Assembly (NCBI GenBank): GCA_963664395.2
Contig: OY761159.2
Span: forward strand, 352,001 to 416,000
Source: Candidatus Binatia bacterium
GTDB taxonomy: Bacteria; Desulfobacterota; Binatia; Bin18
DNA length: 64,000 bases
Reading direction: 5' to 3'
A program made the position numbers and the translations under genes. This document shows, in pieces, positions 56,919 through 64,000 of the stretch. The notes under the pieces were generated by a model, which searched no databases, was not told the origin of the DNA, and saw nothing but the letters and a program-made list of their open reading frames with translations. Each line of letters opens with the position of its first letter. The first letter of the stretch is position 1.

Positions 56919-59054
56919 CTACTCGATTGCCCGTCCCACTTTTCCTTCAAGCTCTTTGAGGAACTCGTTCCATTTTTCCCCCATGTTTGCTCTAAGCTTA
57001 TTGAATAAATCTTGCCGTTCCTCGGTGTTGAGCCAGTTATCCGTGTACCGAGCAATATCGACCTTGTAACCCTTTCCTCCACCCCAACGCTCTTGACAAT
57101 TGCCCCAGAGCTTAGAGTCTTCACGGAGTGGTTCTTCAAAGATGGCCTCACTTATTAGCTCTGCTTGCTTTTGCAATTGGCCGGAGCTTTCGGCGATGTA
57201 GTCTCGTAATTCGTCGACAAATGCTCGTGCCGGCTGCATATCTTCACCCTGCTTCAAATTGTCCAAGAGTGCGGTCAACATCTTAAGTTTCGGTTCGCTG
57301 GCGGCTACAAATATGGCCCTCACACCATAGGCGAGCACATCGTAGAAGTTCAAGTTGTACCAACTGCCTCTCCTATTGATAGATGCCCGTACACTAGAAG
57401 CGTAAGTGCTTTGGGCAACGATCGACTCCCGAAGAGATTCGGGAACTTGTTCAAGCTCGAATTCCAAGGATTTATTGTCCTGAATCCAGGTCTGAATCCT
57501 TTTTCCGATGTGTTTGTAGCAGGCTGATTCTTGATGCTTTTCAAGATTTTTTTCCAACTCCTTGACTTGACCTACAATGCCCTCAATCTTCTTGATGTGG
57601 TCTGCGCGCATGCGGTCAAGTCCCCCTTCGACGCTTTTGGAGAAAATCGATGGAGAATCCTCTTTTTGATTGAAAAACGTGATTTGTATATCCTTTAGCT
57701 GTAGCTCTTGGGCTAGGGCGACCTCAATATCAGCCCGTCTTACCTGTCGGCCGTCATCTCCATTGGCCACCCTAGAGCCATCGAAATCATTGACGCTCTC
57801 AGCCTCTTCTGAGCGATCTAGTACTACCAACTGTGCTTCGGTCAATAATCGCTCGCGTAGACCGCCCACCACGGCGTGCTTCAACACAGACCGTGACGTT
57901 TCATCAGGTGCGTCAAGAAAGCGTGAGCAAATGATGCAGAGTGCTCTGGGGTCATCAAAGAGCGCGGAGATATCCGACCGCGGAGCAAATTGATCCACTC
58001 CTTTAGTGTCTATGACCGATATATTGAGAGGCACTTCCCCATTAAGGACCATCTGCGGCACGATCACGTTTATTCGTTTGGGGACTGAGAATGACGGATT
58101 ACGGCCATGGTTGATTTTGGTGAATTCACCTTTGAGCCAATGTAAGGGGTCCTTCTCTCCAGAATTACTGTGCCAAAGTTCCCTATGAGTACGAACTCGC
58201 AAGTTCATGCGCTCAAGCATCTGTAGCTTGAATTTTTCCTTGTCTGTACTCGAACGCGCGAGGTTGATGGCCTCATCGATGACTTTCCGTGTAGCTGGAT
58301 CTCGCCTTTGGGCGAGGCCTGCCATGTTTCGGAGGCAGCGAGTTAATTCGGTGTTGAGGTTGGGAATGCTGTCACTAGGGCCGGAGTCGTTCACCCCACC
58401 ATCAGAAGCCATAGTCGCACGGGACAGGGTGTATTCGCAAAATTCGTCAATACAAACATCAATCTCCTCGTCATCACGCGGCTCGACGATCAATCCCCAA
58501 CTTGGTCCCTTGTTGATGACAACTTCACAGATCGTTGTCCGTCCACCGCCGTAGTCAAGGACTGGCTTGCCATCCAAAAGGAGGTGGGTCGCTGCACAAA
58601 TCGCGGTGGTCTTGCCTACCCCAATACTTCCGATAAATCCAACGGTATGATCGAGACTGAGGAGATATTTTACTGCGTTACGGAGCGAATTTCCGTAGAG
58701 GTCAATCTCGTCACGAATGAAGTCCGCCTCTGGAATATTCTCATTCTCAATCAATTTCTTAATGCGATGGAGCCCGTCGTTTGCCATCATGAGCGAATTC
58801 AAATTGGGGTGATCCAGGGGCGGTGTCGCTGCGAAGGCAACAGTGTCCCATTCGGATTCCAAGTATGCGCAGATTTTTTTCGCATAGGGCGAATCGACTT
58901 CCTCAAGATACCGATAAACCTCTTCAGCCGGTAGCTCTGGAGAGCTTTCCATGCGCGATATAGCGACCTGCGAAAGACCGAGTCGCTGCCCGACTTCGCG
59001 CTGAGACATTCGTTTCTGCTCCCGTTCTCCCGCCATCAGCTTTCCCAAGTGCAT
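56919..59054 (-). CDS. XRE-HTH-fused dynamin-like P-loop GTPase
   Basis: N-terminal MSQREVGQRLGLSQVAISRMES HTH; G1 GSIGVGKTT, G2 RTT, G3 DTKG; long helical C-terminus; AT-richer codons than flanks. Confidence 0.75.
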   Translation of the reverse strand: MHLGKLMAGEREQKRMSQREVGQRLGLSQVAISRMESSPELPAEEVYRYLEEVDSPYAKKICAYLESEWDTVAFAATPPLDHPNLNSLMMANDGLHRIKKLIENENIPEADFIRDEIDLYGNSLRNAVKYLLSLDHTVGFIGSIGVGKTTAICAATHLLLDGKPVLDYGGGRTTICEVVINKGPSWGLIVEPRDDEEIDVCIDEFCEYTLSRATMASDGGVNDSGPSDSIPNLNTELTRCLRNMAGLAQRRDPATRKVIDEAINLARSSTDKEKFKLQMLERMNLRVRTHRELWHSNSGEKDPLHWLKGEFTKINHGRNPSFSVPKRINVIVPQMVLNGEVPLNISVIDTKGVDQFAPRSDISALFDDPRALCIICSRFLDAPDETSRSVLKHAVVGGLRERLLTEAQLVVLDRSEEAESVNDFDGSRVANGDDGRQVRRADIEVALAQELQLKDIQITFFNQKEDSPSIFSKSVEGGLDRMRADHIKKIEGIVGQVKELEKNLEKHQESACYKHIGKRIQTWIQDNKSLEFELEQVPESLRESIVAQSTYASSVRASINRRGSWYNLNFYDVLAYGVRAIFVAASEPKLKMLTALLDNLKQGEDMQPARAFVDELRDYIAESSGQLQKQAELISEAIFEEPLREDSKLWGNCQERWGGGKGYKVDIARYTDNWLNTEERQDLFNKLRANMGEKWNEFLKELEGKVGRAIE

Positions 59055-59066
59055 TGTTGTTCCCCC

Positions 59067-59339
59067 CTAACGGCGATTAATCTTCCGTGTTCGCCGGCCG
59101 ATCGTGACGACCGCACCGTCAGACGATTCTATAAAATACAGAGGATCGGGTTTCTCGAAGTCGTGTTGCATAGCCTTCAGCGCCTCCAGGATTCGTCTGC
59201 GCTGTTGCCTGTTCGCTATCCAGACCTTTGCACTGCCTGGAGCTCTTTCAAATTGTCCGAAGTGTTTGATTAATTCGAGGGATAGCAATTGGCAGCCACG
59301 CTCTCTTGCCCGTAATTTCGCATGTCTAGTTAGTCGCAT
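59067..59339 (-). CDS. Small basic protein with a DUF4258/RelE-ColE5-like fold
   Basis: MRLTRHAKLRARERG N-terminus and DGAVVT C-terminal strand; RBS AGGAGA; ends 12 nt upstream of the GTPase start. Confidence 0.65.
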   Translation of the reverse strand: MRLTRHAKLRARERGCQLLSLELIKHFGQFERAPGSAKVWIANRQQRRRILEALKAMQHDFEKPDPLYFIESSDGAVVTIGRRTRKINRR

Positions 59340-59440
59340 TGCACATCTCCTCTCGCCCTTGTTGATGAATACAATCTCAACTATTAGCTAATTTAGGAGT
59401 TTTTATCAAGAATTAAATCTATAAATTTTCTCTTTTTAGT

Positions 59441-59512
59441 CGAATATATTCGCAATAAAAACTTCAACCTGATCGAATTGGGCAAATAATTGGGTTTACT
59501 TTTTAGGTAAAC
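59441..59512. promoter_or_regulatory. Candidate operators in a divergent AT-rich promoter region
   Basis: Perfect palindrome CGAATATATTCG (59441-59452) and IR GTTTAC-N7-GTAAAC (59494-59512). Confidence 0.5.
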
Positions 59513-59530
59513 TCCGGTAAATACCCACTG

Positions 59531-60868
59531 ATGGATTCTCAAAAAAAACAGCAAATTCCATCGGTACCGGAAGGTCATTTAGCGTTCGGGCAACGTCTAC
59601 GTGAGCAGCGTCAGGAAAAAGGGCTCTTGCTCTCTGATCTGGCAAAGGTGCTTGAAGTCACAAAAGGGTATCTTTCTCGCCTGGAGCGAGGGAAAGCAAA
59701 ACCCTCAAAAACCATTATTGGGTTGATAGCGCACGCGCTGAGTATTGATCCAGGCCCTCTGAAGGTTCTTGCAGGGGACTTCCCTGGTGATGTGAGGCAG
59801 ATTCTCTATCATCATCCCGAAGACGCCCCCACTCTCCTTCGAGAGATATTTGGAGAGTATGGTTCTCACGGTACCTCTCGTAAATCCGATGCTACAAGGA
59901 AAACAATTCCTCAAAAGAAACACGGCATAAAGCCATTTCAAAAAGAGCGCTATGAACTCATTCAGGCCAACTGTCTTGAATGGCTGGAACACCGTGCCTC
60001 CAATAGTATCCATGCTGTCGTCACTGATCCGCCCTACGGCTTAAAAGAATACACACCCGAGGAAAAGAAAAAACTCCGGCGCGGGCGTGGTGGCGTCTGG
60101 CGCATACCACCAACACTTGATGGATATACCCGCAGTCCGATTCCTCGCTTCACTGTGCTGACTCATGAAGATAAGAATTCTTTAAAGAAATTCTTTACGC
60201 AGTGGGCAACAAGAATTCAGCGAGTTCTCGTCCCTGGCGGACATACATTCATTGCTACCAACCCCCTTCTCTCCCACCTCGTTTATACTGCGTTGGAAGA
60301 GGCAGGCTTCGAGAAAAGAGGGGAGATTATCCGTCTCGTACAGACTCTCCGAGGTGGTGATCGGCCAAAGAATGCCCATAAAGAATTTGAGAACGTCACC
60401 GTCATGCCTCGCTCCTGTTGGGAACCTTGGGGGCTATTTAGAAAGCCCTGTCGAGGTCGAGTGCAGGATAATCTTCGTGAATGGCAGACAGGCGGCTTGC
60501 GGCGTGTCTCGGAAGAGCAGCCTTTTGGAGATGTTATCAAAAGCGCTCCAACCAGAGGGATAGAGCGAGAAATCGCTCCTCATCCATCCTTGAAACCGCA
60601 GGCTTTCATGCAGCAGATTGTTCGCGCCTCCCTTCCCTTAGGAGAAGGGATTATCCTTGATCCTTTTATGGGTGGAGGGTCTACGATAGCAGCAGCCTGC
60701 GCGGTAGGTTATCGCAGTATTGGGGTCGAAATAGACCGGGAGTATTACAAAATGGCCGTTCGGGCGATACCAAAGCTTGCAACCCTTGTCCTCGATAACG
60801 GAAATGGAAAAGTTCCCCCGTACCTCTCCCGTGGGCAAGTAGAACAGAAACCTCCCCTATTTTCATAA
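59531..60868 (+). CDS. XRE-HTH-fused beta-class DNA amino-methyltransferase
   Basis: N-terminal FGQRLREQR..GYLSRLERG HTH; VVTDPPY (motif IV), HPSLKP, ILDPFMGGGST (motif I). Confidence 0.9.
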   Translation: MDSQKKQQIPSVPEGHLAFGQRLREQRQEKGLLLSDLAKVLEVTKGYLSRLERGKAKPSKTIIGLIAHALSIDPGPLKVLAGDFPGDVRQILYHHPEDAPTLLREIFGEYGSHGTSRKSDATRKTIPQKKHGIKPFQKERYELIQANCLEWLEHRASNSIHAVVTDPPYGLKEYTPEEKKKLRRGRGGVWRIPPTLDGYTRSPIPRFTVLTHEDKNSLKKFFTQWATRIQRVLVPGGHTFIATNPLLSHLVYTALEEAGFEKRGEIIRLVQTLRGGDRPKNAHKEFENVTVMPRSCWEPWGLFRKPCRGRVQDNLREWQTGGLRRVSEEQPFGDVIKSAPTRGIEREIAPHPSLKPQAFMQQIVRASLPLGEGIILDPFMGGGSTIAAACAVGYRSIGVEIDREYYKMAVRAIPKLATLVLDNGNGKVPPYLSRGQVEQKPPLFS

Positions 60869-60883
60869 TCCGTCTTAGCCAGT

Positions 60884-61537
60884 TCACAAGAGTCCGGGAC
60901 CGTCCGCAAGAATCGAACGATGCTTCCCCACCCCAGTTCCAGGGCTTCGATATATAAAGTTATTTCGGAGTTTCTCTACACCATCTGTTGTAATTGAGGC
61001 GGTCGGAGTCCGCCGTGATTCCCCTTTACGTCCAGAGAAAGACCAGTCGTCTTTTGTCAGTTCGGCACAGAGGATTTCGACAAAAGTAAAAGGAACAATT
61101 TCTCCACTCTTCTGCTTTCCGACAACGTACCTAAAAACCATTAACCAACACTCTTCTGGATTGTGTCCTTGCCAACCACCTTTCTGGATAGAGCATTTGA
61201 CCTCAATCCCCTGGTCTCCCTTCAAGACAGCATTCGACGCATAAGAAGCTTTCGGGAGAAGGTCAGGATGCCCACCCACCTTCGTATTTGCTTCAAGCAC
61301 TGAAGAGGATTTAGCAATGTTCTTGACTAAGAATTCGGAGATGATCCCCGATAGGGAGTTGCCGAGGAGCAACTCTTCTAGGGGTCGAAATCCATTCTGC
61401 CTGAGATAATCGTTAAGACCATGGGAAAGACGATAAGTTTCCGCAACTGATTTCTCAACTTCTTCTACTGTAAACCCATAGGGGAGAATAGCGCGTCTGT
61501 TCACGTAGCCCTTATCAAGGACTCCTGGCAACTCCAC
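60884..61537 (-). CDS. Putative type II restriction endonuclease (PD-(D/E)xK)
   Basis: SE..GGHPDLL..GIEVK motif; convergent with the methyltransferase; low GC. Confidence 0.7.
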   Translation of the reverse strand: MELPGVLDKGYVNRRAILPYGFTVEEVEKSVAETYRLSHGLNDYLRQNGFRPLEELLLGNSLSGIISEFLVKNIAKSSSVLEANTKVGGHPDLLPKASYASNAVLKGDQGIEVKCSIQKGGWQGHNPEECWLMVFRYVVGKQKSGEIVPFTFVEILCAELTKDDWSFSGRKGESRRTPTASITTDGVEKLRNNFIYRSPGTGVGKHRSILADGPGLL

Positions 61538-61599
61538 TTCATCTTCCTTCAGTTACTTAAGTTCTTTTGCTCTTGCGAGGTAGTGCAGAGCCCATCGGC

Positions 61600-62232
61600 C
61601 TACCACGTATTCTCGTGGATCAGCTTCTCAAGCGGGATTTTCTTATTACCAGGTTTGCTCGGCTTTTCTGCGGGATAGCCGAGGGTGATGAGTCCGACCG
61701 GGCGGACGTGGTTGGGCAGTTGCAATATCCTGGTGACTTCTTCCGGGTTGTACGAGCCGACAAAACAGGCTCCCAGCCCTTGCTCAGTCGCGCCTAACAA
61801 AATCAGCAATGAGGCAAACGCAGTATCCACCAAACTGTAAAAAGCCCCGCGCGTACCGTATTTCTCGCCCATACGCTGGATATCGGCACAGGTGGCAATG
61901 ATAAGCGGCGCGGTGGCAACCGAGTTCTGACTCATCGCCGCCTTCGCCAGTTCGGCCCGGACCTCGGGGTCGCGCACCAGAATAAACTCCCACGGCTGGA
62001 GATTGCCCGCGCTAGGTGCGCGCACTGCGTAGCGCAGCAGTTTTTTGATCTCTTCTTCAGGGATCGGCCTGTCCTCGTACTTGCGGATCATGCGCCGGCG
62101 TTTCACGACCGCAGCGAAGCTGGCGGTATCGCCGTTTTCAACGGCGTGAGCCAGACTGTACGCCTGGCCGAGGAGGGCGGCGGTGCCGACTCCCTGAAGT
62201 ATATGCCGACGGGTAAGTGTTGTCCGAGACAT
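61600..62232 (-). CDS. Nitroreductase-family protein with a twin-arginine signal
   Basis: TRRHILQG signal ending AHA; RRMIRKY, APSAGNLQPW, GLGACFVG, TLGYP. Confidence 0.9.
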   Translation of the reverse strand: MSRTTLTRRHILQGVGTAALLGQAYSLAHAVENGDTASFAAVVKRRRMIRKYEDRPIPEEEIKKLLRYAVRAPSAGNLQPWEFILVRDPEVRAELAKAAMSQNSVATAPLIIATCADIQRMGEKYGTRGAFYSLVDTAFASLLILLGATEQGLGACFVGSYNPEEVTRILQLPNHVRPVGLITLGYPAEKPSKPGNKKIPLEKLIHENTW

Positions 62233-62240
62233 GTAGCGCG

Positions 62241-63344
62241 CTAACGATTCACAAATCGCAACACGCTCACTCCTCCGGTCTGCGAATGGCCCAGGGGGAC
62301 CTTGGTAATCAGGTCCAGGGATTCGGCGTCGTAGACCGCGACATCGTGCCAGTTGCTGCCGCAGTAGACCTTCTTGCCTTCGGGGTGAATGAGCGGCGCG
62401 AAATAGGTATTGGACAGGGGTATTTTTTTCTCAATGTGGCGTGTTTTGGGATCAACCTTCCACAAATTATTGTATGCAAAATATGCCTTGTTCGTATGCC
62501 GCGAGAGCGCACCAGTGATCACATAGTCACCCTCGACAAAGGGTTGGAGTTCAACAATTTTCAGTTCCGGGTCTTCCTGGGTGAGGTCAAGCGAGCCGAT
62601 GCCCAGCGTCGTCTGATTGGTAATGGAATCTTGGGTAAACGTACCAAAAGAGACAAGATGGCCACTTTCCTGATAGGTTCCGCCAAGCGGCAGGCCGTCG
62701 GTTCTCGTAATGCCACTGATGTTACGATTGGCAAGGGGAATGGTATCGAGCAGTGTTCCGTCTTCCGTACTATGCACAAAAATATCTTGCCCGACACTGA
62801 ACAAATAGAGGCGCTTTCCATCCTTTGAAGACGCAAGCCCCATCACCTGGCGGGGAGCAGGAAACGTTGTCGCCGTCTCATTGGTCTCCAGGTTGATGAC
62901 CCGTATCCGATTTTCTTGGGCAGTGTAGCGACCCAGGTCTTGCTTGATTGGCATTTCGTGCACGAACAGGCGGGTGCCTTGCGTATTCACATCGATCGCC
63001 ATGGTTCGCACGAGTTCATTGTCGTTCGACAAGTCAAAGCTCTTGACCTGCTTGCCCTCGTCCAGGTCAACCATGGCCACGCTTCTGGCCAGATTGTTCA
63101 CCACATAGGCAAACTGTGGCTGAGCAGGATTGGGCGCAATATACAGGGCCGGCCCTCGACCATTGAGGGCAATATCTTTGACGACCGTATCCGTTTCCGT
63201 ATCGACAATAACCAGATTATTCGGATGAGTGCTGGCCAAGAGATACCACTTTGCCCAGGCCGTCTGCGGAACGACCCCAAACAAGAAGAGAACACCCCAC
63301 ACAAGCTGCCTGTGTTTTGCGTGCACCACCCGCTCCTTCAGCAC
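62241..63344 (-). CDS. qhpB: Quinohemoprotein amine dehydrogenase beta subunit
   Basis: Signal peptide, YVTN-type beta-propeller, PNNL..VD, FPAPRQ; directly after qhpC. Confidence 0.85.
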   Translation of the reverse strand: MLKERVVHAKHRQLVWGVLFLFGVVPQTAWAKWYLLASTHPNNLVIVDTETDTVVKDIALNGRGPALYIAPNPAQPQFAYVVNNLARSVAMVDLDEGKQVKSFDLSNDNELVRTMAIDVNTQGTRLFVHEMPIKQDLGRYTAQENRIRVINLETNETATTFPAPRQVMGLASSKDGKRLYLFSVGQDIFVHSTEDGTLLDTIPLANRNISGITRTDGLPLGGTYQESGHLVSFGTFTQDSITNQTTLGIGSLDLTQEDPELKIVELQPFVEGDYVITGALSRHTNKAYFAYNNLWKVDPKTRHIEKKIPLSNTYFAPLIHPEGKKVYCGSNWHDVAVYDAESLDLITKVPLGHSQTGGVSVLRFVNR

Positions 63345-63375
63345 GATGCGTTAAGATACTTTTTCTGAGCCGGAC

Positions 63376-63717
63376 TTATTCGATTTTGGGAAAGACAACG
63401 TCCAGGTTGCGCCAGTCTTCCTGATTCATACCTGAGCAGCCTTTGGCCCACTCGGGCGAGTTCTGGAGGCTGTCCGGCACCTGAGCTGGCCACCAGCACA
63501 GATTCGAACAGCTCAGCAGGTCGGCTTCCATGGGGGCACACATGCTGCTTGCCCCGCCCCACGAATTCGCCTCCCAGCCTGGATTAAAGATGGTCGTGCA
63601 GCCAACAGGTTGCGCCATACCCACGACATCTTCCTCTACCTCTTTTTTGGTCGCGGATTTTTCCACAACGGCGGTGACGGCCACTGCTTTGCGATTCGCT
63701 GCTTTGAGGTGTTTCAT
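63376..63717 (-). CDS. qhpC: Quinohemoprotein amine dehydrogenase gamma subunit (CTQ precursor with leader)
   Basis: MKHLK leader; GCTT.F.PGWE, C.PME.DL..C...CWWPAQVPD, DWR.L..VFP. Confidence 0.95.
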   Translation of the reverse strand: MKHLKAANRKAVAVTAVVEKSATKKEVEEDVVGMAQPVGCTTIFNPGWEANSWGGASSMCAPMEADLLSCSNLCWWPAQVPDSLQNSPEWAKGCSGMNQEDWRNLDVVFPKIE

Positions 63718-63735
63718 GCTCTGCTCCCCATGCCT

Positions 63736-63999
63736 TCAGGTCAGTTCTTTTGGTGCGTCTCCGCGTCCACGTAACACATAGTGCTCAATAAACCCAGGGT
63801 TTTGCTCTTGCAGCTGCATATACACGCCAATGCCATACTCCGTCCATTCCCGCAGGAAGTCGCAGTAGTGCAGGTTCGGCAAGCTCGCATCTCCAAACTC
63901 GGTCATGGCTTCATGATAACAGCCGCCGCCACACAGGCCACGGATCCAGCACGTTTGACATACCGGCTTATTGCCCAGGTGGGCACTGTTGATAAATGT
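63736..63999 (-). CDS. qhpD: 3' part of the radical SAM/SPASM maturase, truncated by the window edge
   Basis: Translates ..CQTCWIRGLCGGGCYHE..HYCDFLREW..NPGFI..*; lies directly upstream of qhpC. Confidence 0.88.
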   Translation of the reverse strand, partial: TFINSAHLGNKPVCQTCWIRGLCGGGCYHEAMTEFGDASLPNLHYCDFLREWTEYGIGVYMQLQEQNPGFIEHYVLRGRGDAPKELT

Positions 64000-64000
64000 A

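Noticed and set aside
55676-57151. Longest-ORF starts in the track (also 52711..54261, 37496.., 35127.., 42603..44195, 45937..46806, 11677..)
   Set aside because: The extensions overlap neighbouring genes or promoters and lack family similarity; internal ATGs with RBS or family-typical N-termini were used instead.
56867-61599. Integrative element with att sites around the low-GC island
   Set aside because: No integrase, tRNA or convincing flanking direct repeat was found by eye, so the mobility mechanism is unsupported.

Overview
Gene-dense bacterial chromosome segment of moderately high GC. No rRNA, tRNA, CRISPR array, integrase or intact transposase is visible. The gene content (DUF1302/DUF1329/RND/YCF48 uptake module, several LLM oxidoreductases, amidohydrolases, CoA-dependent enzymes, a CoxLMS-like molybdoenzyme, a UGSC selenoprotein) resembles Binatia/Tectomicrobia-like heterotrophs; this taxonomy is inference only. 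There are two defence-type accessory regions. The first (20.7-27.1 kb) is a type III R-M system with a nested palindromic element and an orphan DUF1902 gene between mod and res, plus a membrane pentapeptide-repeat gene translationally coupled to mod. The second (56.9-61.5 kb) is a visibly lower-GC island encoding a small DUF4258/RelE-like protein, an XRE-HTH-fused dynamin-like GTPase, an HTH-fused amino-methyltransferase and a convergent PD-(D/E)xK endonuclease; this is the best candidate for an undescribed system. Features the ORF track misses: an in-frame UGA selenoprotein (UGSC motif plus SECIS-like hairpin), a REP-bounded decayed brnT/brnA cassette, an OmpR-type triple box upstream of degP, and the 3' end of the radical-SAM gene qhpD. 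An adjacent pair of predicted di-iron enzymes of different folds sits in a thiolase/DUF35/MaoC/CitE operon. The right end holds qhpD-qhpC-qhpB followed by a Tat-signal nitroreductase. All family calls come from motifs recognised by eye, not from database searches.
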